Source: a virus (lineage: Duplodnaviria; Caudoviricetes). From it: 64,000 nt of DNA. Under the pieces are notes generated by a model that saw only the letters and a program-made list of their open reading frames with translations, did not search any database and was not told the origin of the DNA. The stretch covers positions 1-64,000 of the IMG/VR virus record IMGVR_UViG_3300011427_000001, one strand, 5' to 3'. Shown in pieces: positions 1-8,706 of the stretch; within the stretch, counting starts at the first letter, position 1, and each line of letters begins with the position of its first letter. Both the position numbers and the translations under genes were made by a program.

Positions 1-1142
1 ATCCACACCCGCTTCCACTGGTCCTTCCCCAGCTTCACCCCTGCCGTATTGGCACCTGCATCCTTGGTGCCCGCCTTGTCCCAATATCGCACGACTGACG
101 TGAATTCAGTCCAATGCGGTTGCCGTCCAAATTGAATCTTGTCCATGTCAAACGACCCGCCGCCCGCGGGCACTGGACTCTGCTCATACTGCCCCGCGTA
201 CCCGTACTTCCCCAGCTCAAGCAACTGCTCGTCCAGGATTGACTGGCTGAGACGCACGGGGTCCAGCAAGCCCCCGTTGCGACGATAATGGATCACCAGA
301 TGCTTTGGGCTGAGGCACTCCCGAATCTTGTCCGGCAGACAAATGTGTTTGATACCAGTCTTGCGCTTCTCCAGCCAGTGTCCCGTCGGGTCATCCTGGT
401 GTAGGCGCTGCATGATGAGCACGGTGGGCGTGACCGCTTTGTTGACCTTGCGGGAAGGGAGCGTCTCGCTCATCCAGTCGTTAATCGACTTCAGCACGGG
501 CGGGCTGACCGCTTCCTTGGGATTGATGGGGTCGTCCACCACAATGAAGTGCGAGTGCGACCCCGTGATGTTCCCGCCCGCTCCTACCGCCTTCCTGTCG
601 CCCTTCGCCATATTCTCGTAGAAGCCCTTCGCGTTCTGGTCTTCCTTCAGCGTGATAGGCACTGCATCGGGGTCGATAGACGGGACCCACTTCCGATGCC
701 ACCGCATTGACTTGGGGTGCCGCTTGAGCACGCGCTTGAACTTAAAGGTGCGCTGGTACTTCTCGCTGAGCACGATGTCGCGGGACCGCCTCGAGAAGTT
801 CAGCGCCAGCAGATGCTCGTATGATGCGCTGATGATGCGGGCGCTGGGCATGCGGGTCCAAATCCACGCGGGCCACATGATGGAGCAGATGGTCGACTTG
901 GTCGTGCCAGGCGGGATGTTGATAATGACATCGTTCTCTTTTGGTAGGTTCTGAAACACCCGCTCCGCCACCTCCTGCAGCTCGTCGCACAGGTATTTGA
1001 TGTGCCAGTTCCACACCGGCTCTTCTGGTATGATAATTTCCCAAAACTCTTTGACGAACTCGTAGAAGCTATCACGGCAAATCGACTGGACGACATCTAT
1101 CTCGTCTAAGGTCGGATTGAATACGTCGTGCAGGTCTAGCAC
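1..1142 (-). CDS. terL: Terminase large subunit (3' end runs off the window)
   Basis: Hand-translated from GTG at 1142; absent from the ORF track because there is no stop in the window. Walker A-like INIPPGTTKS, Walker B FIVVDDP, LIMQRLHQDD coupling motif, start of nuclease domain YWDKAG. Confidence 0.93.
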   Translation of the reverse strand, partial: MLDLHDVFNPTLDEIDVVQSICRDSFYEFVKEFWEIIIPEEPVWNWHIKYLCDELQEVAERVFQNLPKENDVIINIPPGTTKSTICSIMWPAWIWTRMPSARIISASYEHLLALNFSRRSRDIVLSEKYQRTFKFKRVLKRHPKSMRWHRKWVPSIDPDAVPITLKEDQNAKGFYENMAKGDRKAVGAGGNITGSHSHFIVVDDPINPKEAVSPPVLKSINDWMSETLPSRKVNKAVTPTVLIMQRLHQDDPTGHWLEKRKTGIKHICLPDKIRECLSPKHLVIHYRRNGGLLDPVRLSQSILDEQLLELGKYGYAGQYEQSPVPAGGGSFDMDKIQFGRQPHWTEFTSVVRYWDKAGTKDAGANTAGVKLGKDQWKRVW

Positions 1143-1187
1143 CTGTTCAGGAATTGCACAGCGTCGGCAGGATGTAAAGTGTCAAGA

Positions 1188-1721
1188 TTAAAGCACGCCG
1201 CGTTGAGCGAGCCGGTTAGCAGCGGCAAGCAACTTGGCAGTGTCGTTCTTAATCTTGGTCGCATCCGCCGCAATATCACAACGAGGCTCTACTTCCGCCA
1301 TCTGCCGCACCGGCTCCAGCCTCCGTTTCAGTAGTACGTCGATTTTCAAAAACAACAGCCGCTCGTCCAGCATTTCTAAATCGGTACGAAGCTTGGCACG
1401 AAATTCCAGCAAACGCTCCAGCGTGAGATCCCCCTCGTAAGTTCCATCCGCTAGAGAGATTTTCGCGCCCAATCGCGGCGGACGCTCGATCCCTTCCGCA
1501 ATTAGGGGCGCGAGAGGCTTAACAACAGGCGCAGGCGACTTCTCCTCCTTGGGTAGAACCGGAGGCGGGGGCGGTCTTTCACTTCCGTTTGCGGCAGCAA
1601 CTATGCGATTGAGCGCACACACTGAAATGAACTGTCCGTCTATCTGAACACTTCTTGCTCCATTACGGGGCAGGGCAAGTGCGGCGACTGCTTGCTCCTT
1701 TGTGATATTGGTAGGTGTCAT
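1188..1721 (-). CDS. Hypothetical protein (Pro-rich linker, C-terminal coiled coil)
   Basis: Track ORF 1188..1928 trimmed to ATG 1721 (MTPTNITK), just after the upstream stop at 1729. Confidence 0.6.
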   Translation of the reverse strand: MTPTNITKEQAVAALALPRNGARSVQIDGQFISVCALNRIVAAANGSERPPPPPVLPKEEKSPAPVVKPLAPLIAEGIERPPRLGAKISLADGTYEGDLTLERLLEFRAKLRTDLEMLDERLLFLKIDVLLKRRLEPVRQMAEVEPRCDIAADATKIKNDTAKLLAAANRLAQRGVL

Positions 1722-1728
1722 CGTGTAT

Positions 1729-2529
1729 CTATAGCCGACGCCACAGAGCATGCGGATGCTTGCCCAGACCGATGTTTTCTTCAGCAACCAGTTCCCAGCT
1801 TGATGACAGCAACAGGTCCTTCCAGTTGCCCCGACCCCAGGCACGATATTCTGGACCGCGGGCGGGCTGCACTGTGCTGCCGTGTGACACAGTGAACAGG
1901 TAGGACACCTTGAGGCCCCGCAGCTCATTCACCCAGGCTGCGATGTTCTGGATGCTGCACTCATTCCAACTGTGGATATTGATGGCGAGATCAAACTGCC
2001 CCACGAGCTCAGGTTTCAATTCCCGATACTGCGAAATGTTTGCCACCATGATATTCAAGGGGTCTCTAGCCGCGTGCCGCTGCGTATAGACACGCGCTAA
2101 CTGCACACTGATGGGCACGGGGTCCACCATCAGATACTCTCCGATCAACGGGGCCAGCTCCACCGCCAGCCGTCCATAACCCCCACCAATCTCGAAGACA
2201 CTCGGCTTGGGATTTCCCAGCATCCATTCTTTCGGCCCACCCCTACGCAGGAAGTCAATCTCCACCTGCGCGTCCAGCCACATGCGCGTGACCGGACCGA
2301 AGCCCGGAATGTCCACCACCCGTGCGCCGTACTGGTAGTCCCGCACCTGCGCAACGGGGTCGGCTTTGATACGTTCTCCCAAGGACTCCAGCACTTCCTT
2401 GAACTCAGATTCAGGTGGGCTCATCTGTTCCACGTAAATCGTGTCAGCGCAGAAGTTGGGCAGACTCGCCTTCACCTTCTCCTGCCACGCCTTCCACATT
2501 GCCAGTTCTGGTAGTGGGTCGTTGTTCAT
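1729..2529 (-). CDS. Putative sugar O-methyltransferase (class I SAM-dependent)
   Basis: VFEIGGGYGRLA SAM motif I, acidic MVD after beta2, FDLAINIHSWNEC motif. Start trimmed to ATG 2529 (ATGA overlap with upstream stop). Confidence 0.75.
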   Translation of the reverse strand: MNNDPLPELAMWKAWQEKVKASLPNFCADTIYVEQMSPPESEFKEVLESLGERIKADPVAQVRDYQYGARVVDIPGFGPVTRMWLDAQVEIDFLRRGGPKEWMLGNPKPSVFEIGGGYGRLAVELAPLIGEYLMVDPVPISVQLARVYTQRHAARDPLNIMVANISQYRELKPELVGQFDLAINIHSWNECSIQNIAAWVNELRGLKVSYLFTVSHGSTVQPARGPEYRAWGRGNWKDLLLSSSWELVAEENIGLGKHPHALWRRL

Positions 2530-2813
2530 CCACCTATTGTCTTGTCCTTCGTGAGACACATCTGCACGCCGCCGCAACCGCAGTCACAAACGGTCATAAC
2601 CACGCATCGCCCCTTGACTAATTGATGTGCCCAGATGTTTAAGATCCGATCAGTATCTACCCCCCAAAACTCATCAGGCAATTCACCTGTCAGCTCAGCC
2701 ACCCTGAAGCAAAGGCCGGCCCGAGCCCGGGACTGCAGCACGACAGCAGGCAAAGGTTTCGTGCAACCTATCATGAGGGTCTGCTCGAGGTCTTGAATGT
2801 TCTCACTTTTCAT
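2526..2813 (-). CDS. Hypothetical protein
   Basis: 95-aa ORF packed between neighbours. Confidence 0.55.
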   Translation of the reverse strand: MKSENIQDLEQTLMIGCTKPLPAVVLQSRARAGLCFRVAELTGELPDEFWGVDTDRILNIWAHQLVKGRCVVMTVCDCGCGGVQMCLTKDKTIGG

Positions 2814-3215
2814 CTACGGCCCTCGGCTCGGGTCATCTACCCACTTCCAACCCACCACGCTACCAGGATCCTCGACCCCCACTTGTCCGGGTCTTCCCTT
2901 GACAGCTAACCGGTCCCACTCAGCACGTTGACTATCAGTTAGCGCACGGTATTTGGAAAAGGTATCAGTCAGAGGAGGCTTTGGCACTGAAGGGTCCCGG
3001 TCGAAGTCCAGCAGAGCACGTTTGTCAGGTTCGTCAGGTTCGTCCTGCGGTATCGGCATGTGCTTTCGCATTTGCTTCCCCATCTCCTCCACTTCGTTTT
3101 CCAGCAACCGTACCTTGAGACGGTGAATGCGAGCATGCACCACCAAAGTGGCCCACAAGACTGCAGCCGTGGCCCAACCCAGGAAACAGATGACGTAGAC
3201 GTTCGTATCGTTCAT
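2814..3215 (-). CDS. Hypothetical membrane protein
   Basis: N-terminal hydrophobic helix YVICFLGWATAAVLWATLVV followed by coiled coil. Confidence 0.6.
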   Translation of the reverse strand: MNDTNVYVICFLGWATAAVLWATLVVHARIHRLKVRLLENEVEEMGKQMRKHMPIPQDEPDEPDKRALLDFDRDPSVPKPPLTDTFSKYRALTDSQRAEWDRLAVKGRPGQVGVEDPGSVVGWKWVDDPSRGP

Positions 3216-3397
3216 GTTACGTGCACTCCAATCTCTTTGGCTTTCGCAATCACGCGATGCCGCAGCAGGCGGTGAATGTCCTCCACCACTTCCTTGGGCC
3301 GCATCACAAAGTCACGCTGGTTCACCTTCTCCTCGAATTTGATTACAGTGCCAGTGGGCAGTTTGTGCTCAGCCGTGATGGTGATGGAGAAGGTCAT
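3212..3397 (-). CDS. Hypothetical protein
   Basis: ATG 3397, ATGA overlaps at both ends. Confidence 0.6.
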   Translation of the reverse strand: MTFSITITAEHKLPTGTVIKFEEKVNQRDFVMRPKEVVEDIHRLLRHRVIAKAKEIGVHVT

Positions 3398-3603
3398 TCG
3401 ATGTTTGGAAGTATTCCAGAGATATCCGCGCAGCTCGGGCAAAGCACTACGTCACCCACTGCTTCCACCCGGGTCAGGTCTATCACGCACACCAAGCCCA
3501 GCGGCTCGCCCATGTAGACCTTGTCGTCACAACAGAGACACGTCTGGCCGTCAGCTGGGACCTTCTTCCAACCCATGCCTATTTCGATACGTCGCATGTT
3601 CAC
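3394..3603 (-). CDS. Small Cys-containing protein (possible Zn-binding)
   Basis: CLCCD...CPSC; ATGA overlaps. Confidence 0.6.
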   Translation of the reverse strand: MNMRRIEIGMGWKKVPADGQTCLCCDDKVYMGEPLGLVCVIDLTRVEAVGDVVLCPSCADISGILPNIE

Positions 3604-4046
3604 GGCTTGATGACAGGTTTGGGTGGAGCGGTGAACACCAGGATGGCTTGCTCGAGGCGTTCCTTGCTGGCGCGTTTGACTTTGAACACACCCTCAAGCG
3701 CAACCATGTCTGCGACCACTCGGTCCCGTTCTTCGCGCAACGCCGCCAACACCTTGTCTTCACCTTGGGTAGCAGTCACCCGAACAACAGTGGTCGCATG
3801 CCCGTTCGGTGCTTCCACTGGTTCCTCCGGTGGCACTCCATCGCACGGGGGCACGTCTTCGGGGACCCCGTTCACGCACAGCCGCAGCTTCATGATGTCG
3901 GTTGACTGGGGTGACTGGGTACCCTGCCACACGATGCAGGCCTTGGGGTTCCGCTCTCCCGGTTGGAACGCTACTTTGCCCGGACGCTTGGTATCGGCGT
4001 GCATCACTGTGTCGCCCTTCTGCAGGTTGTTCTTGAACGGGGTCAT
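3600..4046 (-). CDS. Hypothetical protein (SH3-like N-terminus, coiled-coil C-terminus)
   Basis: LQKGDTVMH...GKV...ACIVW pattern; ATGA overlaps. Confidence 0.6.
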   Translation of the reverse strand: MTPFKNNLQKGDTVMHADTKRPGKVAFQPGERNPKACIVWQGTQSPQSTDIMKLRLCVNGVPEDVPPCDGVPPEEPVEAPNGHATTVVRVTATQGEDKVLAALREERDRVVADMVALEGVFKVKRASKERLEQAILVFTAPPKPVIKP

Positions 4047-4315
4047 GTGTCCCTATGTTCACGTTCCGCCTTTCGCATCTCGCGATGGGCTTTGGTCTGT
4101 TGCTCACAAAAGTTGGCAAGGTCGCGCAAGCAGTCCACTTCGTAAACGGTATCGGGCTTGGGGAAGAAGCTGTACCGACGCCACGTGCCCCACCATCCAA
4201 TCCACCCAAGTTGGAAGTCGGACTGTCGCTGCACTACCCACCAAACCTTTGTGCGCGGCTTGGGCGGGGCTATGACGAACTTCAGGTGCTTGGCGTTGAA
4301 AGGTTCTTCGGTCAT
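4043..4315 (-). CDS. Hypothetical phage protein (Trp-rich)
   Basis: LGWIGWWGTWRRYSFFP...CLRDLANFC; coupled to neighbours. Confidence 0.65.
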   Translation of the reverse strand: MTEEPFNAKHLKFVIAPPKPRTKVWWVVQRQSDFQLGWIGWWGTWRRYSFFPKPDTVYEVDCLRDLANFCEQQTKAHREMRKAEREHRDT

Positions 4316-5121
4316 GTTCCAGTTTCTTCCATCTCAATATCGTCTTCACCGGTCTCCTCGCGCAGGGCCCGCATGGCATCACGTATCTGGAGACGGGTCT
4401 CGAGTGGGAGCTTCAACTTGTCCATCGTCGCAATGAACACCTTGTGGGTGTGATCGTGCGTGTGCGCTACTTCAATCTTCTCACCGTAGCCCCGGTCTCG
4501 GTTCACGGTCTTGTTGGCGTGAATGACGGCGGGGAACACGCGCATGCCCACCAAGTCGACCATCGCGTTCTCGAAATAGTTCTTCTTGTGCCACTCCAGT
4601 TCCGCGAGCAGTTTGGGAAAATCGTTGTCTTCGGCCAGCCAGCGGTCAATCGCACCCTTGCTGACTGCGACCATGCGACACGCTGCGTCGGTGTGGAAGC
4701 CGCAGTAGATCATCGCGTGGAGCCACAAGTGCTGACGCACCCGGTCTCCGTGGGGGTACAACAGCTCCTCTATCTTGACGACTGCGTTGTCGTGATCACT
4801 CCAAAATTGCAGGTCGTCCCACAGCTTTTTCATGGGGGGTGACAGGTTACCGTGGACGTACTCCAAAAACGTCTCCGTCTTCGGTCGACCCTTTGCCCTA
4901 GCTGTGTCCAGGGCATGCTTGAGGATTGCATGCTTGTAGGTCCACTTCTGGAAAGTGTCGTACTCAACTAGGAAGGTTTTCGCTATGTCCACGTTCGTTG
5001 CGCCCGCATAGGCCATCAGGGCCGCATCGACTGCAAATTCGGTCTTCCATTTCTTGTTTGGAGGCGGCATCTCTTTTAGCTTTGTCTTGTGCGTGTGGAC
5101 CGGGAGGGTGTGGTTGGTCAA
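4312..5121 (-). CDS. Putative terminase small subunit / HTH DNA-binding protein
   Basis: Two HTH-like segments (ATNVDIAKTFLVEYDTFQKW; TDAACRMVAVSKGAIDRW), TerS-like C-terminal K..RDRGYGEKIEV; upstream of terL on the same strand. Confidence 0.6.
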   Translation of the reverse strand: MTNHTLPVHTHKTKLKEMPPPNKKWKTEFAVDAALMAYAGATNVDIAKTFLVEYDTFQKWTYKHAILKHALDTARAKGRPKTETFLEYVHGNLSPPMKKLWDDLQFWSDHDNAVVKIEELLYPHGDRVRQHLWLHAMIYCGFHTDAACRMVAVSKGAIDRWLAEDNDFPKLLAELEWHKKNYFENAMVDLVGMRVFPAVIHANKTVNRDRGYGEKIEVAHTHDHTHKVFIATMDKLKLPLETRLQIRDAMRALREETGEDDIEMEETGT

Positions 5122-5161
5122 CTATTTTGAACAGTGGGAAGACACGGTGGGGCGGTCGTGT

Positions 5162-5344
5162 TCACCCGTTTCGCTCCATATTCCCATCACGGTCCACCCA
5201 ACCGCGTCCGCCCGTGTCCGTCTCGTTGGTGTCGCACTCCACTTCCTCTTCACAAATGGCACGGAGTGCCTGCTCTTGTTCGGCAGTGAGCGGCGGGGAC
5301 CCCATCACTTCCAGCGCCCTCTTCAGTTCATCCACCACATTCAT
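5162..5344 (-). CDS. Hypothetical protein
   Basis: 60-aa ORF on the operon strand. Confidence 0.5.
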   Translation of the reverse strand: MNVVDELKRALEVMGSPPLTAEQEQALRAICEEEVECDTNETDTGGRGWVDRDGNMERNG

Positions 5345-5444
5345 CGTTGGGTGTGACTGCCACCAGCAACTCGAGGCGCAGCATCGCCTCGGCCCGCATG
5401 CGCATGAACGCTTCGGTCAGCAGTTGTTCAAGTCTTTGGTCCAT
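5328..5444 (-). CDS. Small hypothetical protein (38 aa, MDQRLEQLL...)
   Basis: Hand-translated; starts just downstream of the conserved 41-bp element. Confidence 0.45.
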   Translation of the reverse strand: MDQRLEQLLTEAFMRMRAEAMLRLELLVAVTPNDECGG

Positions 5445-5451
5445 TTTTACC

Positions 5452-5492
5452 CCTATTGTCACGCCCAAAGCTTCACCTAGCGCAGAGATCTC
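5452..5492 (-). promoter_or_regulatory. Conserved 41-bp upstream element, copy A
   Basis: 37/41 identical to 28826-28866; both lie just upstream of a minus-strand ATG. Confidence 0.65.
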
Positions 5493-5593
5493 GAGGCTGG
5501 ATGCATGCTGGGGGCTGTTTTGCAGCGGAAGCGCGCTAGATGAAGAAAAACCGGCCCCAGCAAAGGGACCGGTTCTGGTAAAAACAGCGGGTC

Positions 5594-5758
5594 TCAGTCG
5601 AATGCCATCACTATGTCGTCCAACTGATCTTCCAGCTTGGCCAGCTCCCCATGGTAGACATCAGCCTGCTCGGGTTTTTCGTGCAGGCCTTTGCGCAAGC
5701 GCACTACGCTCGAGATAATTCCGTCAAGTGCCTCGTTGGCTTTTTCCAGGTTGGTCAT
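5594..5758 (-). CDS. Small coiled-coil hypothetical protein
   Basis: Start trimmed to MTNLEK (5758), preceded by an A/C-rich leader. Confidence 0.6.
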   Translation of the reverse strand: MTNLEKANEALDGIISSVVRLRKGLHEKPEQADVYHGELAKLEDQLDDIVMAFD

Positions 5759-5778
5759 GGTCGTAGTTGGTTGAAGTT

Positions 5779-6249
5779 TCAGTCGGCCTTCTCTTCGGTC
5801 TTCATCGCAGCAACCGCAGCGTGCAAGCGTGCAAGCGCAGCACGGCCACCTTGAAAGCGTCCCTGCCAAAACATGCTCTTCAGCTGCTTCTCGAGCTGCT
5901 CCACCAGCGGTCCACCCTCCCGGTCCAGTGCGGCTTGCTCGTCGTGCTCGGCATTGTGCACCAGCGCACGCTCCGCGTCGAAAGTCAGGGTCGTCCGGTT
6001 GCGGTCGTAGCTGTCGACACCCCACGGGGACAGCTTACTGCGCACTCCGTGTCCACTGTAGGTGTCCTGCGACAGGTCGCGCGGGTCGCGGTAGTTGCCA
6101 CTGTAGCTCTTGTTCTTGCAAAACTTCTGCTCGCGCACTGTGCCGTCGTGCTGCGGAATTGCGACCGTGATCTGGGTCTTGGTCTCGTTGATAACTGTGA
6201 CCGGGGTCCAGACCTTCGCGTACTGACTCATGTAATATGCGGTTTCCAT
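5779..6249 (-). CDS. Hypothetical early protein
   Basis: 156-aa ORF with A/C-rich leader. Confidence 0.7.
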   Translation of the reverse strand: METAYYMSQYAKVWTPVTVINETKTQITVAIPQHDGTVREQKFCKNKSYSGNYRDPRDLSQDTYSGHGVRSKLSPWGVDSYDRNRTTLTFDAERALVHNAEHDEQAALDREGGPLVEQLEKQLKSMFWQGRFQGGRAALARLHAAVAAMKTEEKAD

Positions 6250-6277
6250 TGTAGTGTGTGGTTGATAGTTGCGTTGC

Positions 6278-6577
6278 TCAGTCGTTCAAAATTGTGACCG
6301 TAAACATGGGGACCCGCTCCCCGCGTGCGTAGTGTGCAAAGCGCCAGCCTGACAGTTCGCCTTCGCCATCGCGCAGCTCGGTCAGCAGCGTGAACAACAG
6401 CCGACGGTCGGACTTGGCGCTGTAGATGTAAAAGCCCAAGTCAGCTGCATCATCATACACTTGCGCGAAGGGGAGCTTCCCAGCGGTAAACCCGAGGTCG
6501 CTTGCATCGACAATGCCGCTTGCGAAATCCCATGCAAAGCAGCTCGCAGCGTGTGTCATCAAGTTTGGCATAATCAT
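6278..6577 (-). CDS. Hypothetical early protein
   Basis: 99-aa ORF with A/C-rich leader. Confidence 0.7.
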   Translation of the reverse strand: MIMPNLMTHAASCFAWDFASGIVDASDLGFTAGKLPFAQVYDDAADLGFYIYSAKSDRRLLFTLLTELRDGEGELSGWRFAHYARGERVPMFTVTILND

Positions 6578-6597
6578 TGTGGTGGTGTGTTGAGGTT

Positions 6598-6933
6598 TCA
6601 GTTCGTGCTATACGCTGTAAAGCCAAGCGCGGTTATGGCAATAGTGCTGTCCGAAATTCCGTTGTGACGGTTGTCGCTTTTGCTCATTGGAACGATGTTC
6701 ACTGAAACCAACCCCTTTGATTGCAGGGAGGTCAGTACCCCACCCCGGCTCTTTGAATCGACTACGTAGTCGAGCCAAACGTGGTTATCAACCGGATTCC
6801 CGTCTTGGTACTCGCTGTTGATAATGTCGGACAGCATTGCAATTTCTTTGACTGTGAGTTTCATATGCGTGTGTGCTTGAAGCTTGAGTGTGGTTACTTG
6901 AGATCCAGTGCTGCTTTGCTTTGTTGCTTCCAT
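6598..6933 (-). CDS. Hypothetical protein, possible winged helix
   Basis: LTVKEIAML...GGVLTSLQSKGLV...AITALGF pattern; start set by the conserved CCAACnTGTGARC-ATG leader. Confidence 0.6.
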   Translation of the reverse strand: MEATKQSSTGSQVTTLKLQAHTHMKLTVKEIAMLSDIINSEYQDGNPVDNHVWLDYVVDSKSRGGVLTSLQSKGLVSVNIVPMSKSDNRHNGISDSTIAITALGFTAYSTN

Positions 6934-7007
6934 GCTCACAAGTTGGGTTAGTTTGCTTTGCAGCACAAGGGCAAAGGCTGTCATTTCAACCTGTGTTTTG
7001 TAAGCCA

Positions 7008-7036
7008 AACATATCCAACAACTTACAGACTGTCAA
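7008..7036 (-). promoter_or_regulatory. Early promoter P1 (TTGACA-17-TATGTT)
   Basis: One of three near-identical intergenic copies. Confidence 0.8.
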
Positions 7037-7076
7037 AGTGTGGTGCTGCTACAAACAAATCGGTCTGCACCCTGGG

Positions 7077-7283
7077 TCAACGCCACGAAAACCAGAACAA
7101 CCACAGCGACCACCACGCCCCGCACCACGCAACAGCTTCCCAGCGTAACGCCACGCGGTGGTAGTAATTGAACCCCCACTTGAGTTTCAGCTGCAGTAGG
7201 CGCACACGCACACGGTAGGTCATCCACACCAGTGCAGTGAACACCCAGCCGTACCAAAAGAAGTACCAAGCACGGTCACTCAT
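7077..7283 (-). CDS. Small membrane protein
   Basis: Two Trp/Phe-rich hydrophobic segments; ATGA overlap. Confidence 0.5.
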   Translation of the reverse strand: MSDRAWYFFWYGWVFTALVWMTYRVRVRLLQLKLKWGFNYYHRVALRWEAVAWCGAWWSLWLFWFSWR

Positions 7284-7705
7284 ACGGGAGGGTCGAGCAA
7301 GGCAGGCGGTTTGAACTTCAACTTCGACCCTCTTGGTGTGTGCACCCCGCCCGCCCGATTCATATCTTCAATGTCTTCTTTGATACCGAATTTTTTTGTG
7401 CGGCCCTGCATCGAAAAATCTAGATTGGGTGCGACGTGTCCTTTGCTCAAATCAACCGTTAACCCACATATCGAACACGAACGAAGATCCTGCCTCTTCA
7501 ATTCTCTGTTCTCGGCCAACAGCCGCTTCATCATCTCATCGTCGCCGCACATAATGTCGTCAGCTTGGCTGCAACCCGGAAAGCCCAGCCGGCACAGACT
7601 GATATCAGTCAGACCGCAGTAGACGCACGCTGCACCCGGCACCCGGGCTATCAACGCCCGCAGCACAGCATTCTCCCTCTGCAGCCGCTCCAGCTCAGTT
7701 TCCAT
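7280..7705 (-). CDS. Cys-rich hypothetical protein
   Basis: CVYC...C...C and CSIC motifs between coiled coils; start trimmed to METELER. Confidence 0.55.
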   Translation of the reverse strand: METELERLQRENAVLRALIARVPGAACVYCGLTDISLCRLGFPGCSQADDIMCGDDEMMKRLLAENRELKRQDLRSCSICGLTVDLSKGHVAPNLDFSMQGRTKKFGIKEDIEDMNRAGGVHTPRGSKLKFKPPALLDPPV

Positions 7706-7886
7706 CTCGAGGCAATTGCTGGGGATTGGTAACAAGACCTCCCGGGACCAACTTGTCCTTCTCTCGATACTCAGCCAGCTTCTTGGCTGCGAGCTGCACT
7801 TGCTGCTTCTCGCTCAGCACATTTCCTCCAAAGAGCTTCGATAATTCTTTGGCACGTGATGCGTCATTCGATTCGGTGGGGTCCAT
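7695..7886 (-). CDS. Small hypothetical protein
   Basis: Start trimmed to MDPTES. Confidence 0.45.
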   Translation of the reverse strand: MDPTESNDASRAKELSKLFGGNVLSEKQQVQLAAKKLAEYREKDKLVPGGLVTNPQQLPRDGN

Positions 7887-8083
7887 GGTGTTTTGGCAAG
7901 TTCTTCTTTGCGGTGGAAATACATCACGAAGGGCAACAGCGGCCAGCACACCACCATACCCACTGTGCACACAAGCGCAAGCACCGCCGCAAACGGCACG
8001 AGAAAAAGCGCACACACGGCATACCAGATTGGTGAAAGCCGAGGGTCCTTTGGTGTGCCATCAGCATGCGTGCGCAAGTCCAT
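7814..8083 (-). CDS. Small membrane protein
   Basis: Long hydrophobic hairpin IWYAVCALFLVPFAAVLALVCTVGMVVCWPLLPFVMY. Confidence 0.55.
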   Translation of the reverse strand: MDLRTHADGTPKDPRLSPIWYAVCALFLVPFAAVLALVCTVGMVVCWPLLPFVMYFHRKEELAKTPWTPPNRMTHHVPKNYRSSLEEMC

Positions 8084-8101
8084 TCCCAATTATCAGCAGG
8101 A

Positions 8102-8140
8102 AACCCCGCCACCTTTCGTTTGGGGATTGGTAGCGGGGTT
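8102..8140 (-). terminator. GC-rich hairpin (terminator-like)
   Basis: 12-bp stem AACCCCGCUACC/GGUGGCGGGGUU; U-tract is weak. Confidence 0.45.
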
Positions 8141-8180
8141 CCATTCTTAATTCACCTTCAGATATAGCTAAGGCGTTCTA

Positions 8181-8334
8181 GTTCATTGCCCTTCCCAGAT
8201 ACCGGCTGTCCTGCGTTTCACTTGGCGTGTGATCTAGGTTCACATTACCGAACCCTTATCCAGGCGTCCTTGATTCTCTCTGGAGTGCTGCATCCGGCTT
8301 AGTCTCTTCGATAGACGCAGTTGGCACAATGAAC
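8181..8334 (-). ncRNA. Putative structured non-coding RNA
   Basis: ORF-free gap closed by a perfect 8-bp long-range stem (8181-8188 with 8327-8334), with several nested inverted repeats. Confidence 0.4.
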
Positions 8335-8353
8335 ATCGTTCGCCCATGCGGGC

Positions 8354-8542
8354 TTACCCCGCGCCGGGACCAAGCCTGCACCTGAAGTAGATGGTTTGAA
8401 CTGCGTCATGGCGGTTGGCGAACCGTCGCGTCCCCACCGCACGTCTCTGGTCTACCCTCTGCGCATCCGCGAGCGACCAGAAAATCGAGTCCACATGAAT
8501 GTGTGGAAGGTCGAACGGGGTGTATCCAAAGAGGAAGAACAT
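8354..8542 (-). CDS. Small hypothetical protein (62 aa, MFFLFGYTP...)
   Basis: C-terminal part of track ORF 8354..8764, using the ATG at 8542 after the repeat gene. Confidence 0.45.
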   Translation of the reverse strand: MFFLFGYTPFDLPHIHVDSIFWSLADAQRVDQRRAVGTRRFANRHDAVQTIYFRCRLGPGAG

Positions 8543-8547
8543 CAAGA

Positions 8548-8706
8548 TTAAGGCGACCGCGACCCCGACCACGACCGCGACCGCGACCGCGACCGCGACC
8601 CCGACCGCGACCGCGACCCCGACCGCGACCCCGACCACGACCACGACCGCGACCACGACCCCGACCCCGACCGCGACCAGCCCCCAGCTAGGATTGCAGC
8701 ATTCAT
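8548..8706 (-). CDS. 52-aa Ser-X (X=R/G/W) dipeptide-repeat protein
   Basis: MNAAILAGGW(SX)21, ending SP-stop; ATGA overlap with the upstream stop; not in the ORF track. Confidence 0.65.
   Translation of the reverse strand: MNAAILAGGWSRSGSGSWSRSWSWSGSRSGSRSRSGSRSRSRSRSWSGSRSP
8554..8679. repeat. Hexamer tandem repeat (CGACCN) x21
   Basis: Seen directly; only one base per unit varies (G/C/A). Confidence 0.95.

Noticed and set aside
1143-1187. sigma70 promoter upstream of terL (TTGACA)
   Set aside because: The nearest -10-like hexamer (TGCAAT) is 21 nt away; spacing is wrong.
8155-8310. Group I intron-like words (GAGACTA and AGATATAG)
   Set aside because: They lie on opposite strands, there is no P7 partner and no interrupted gene.
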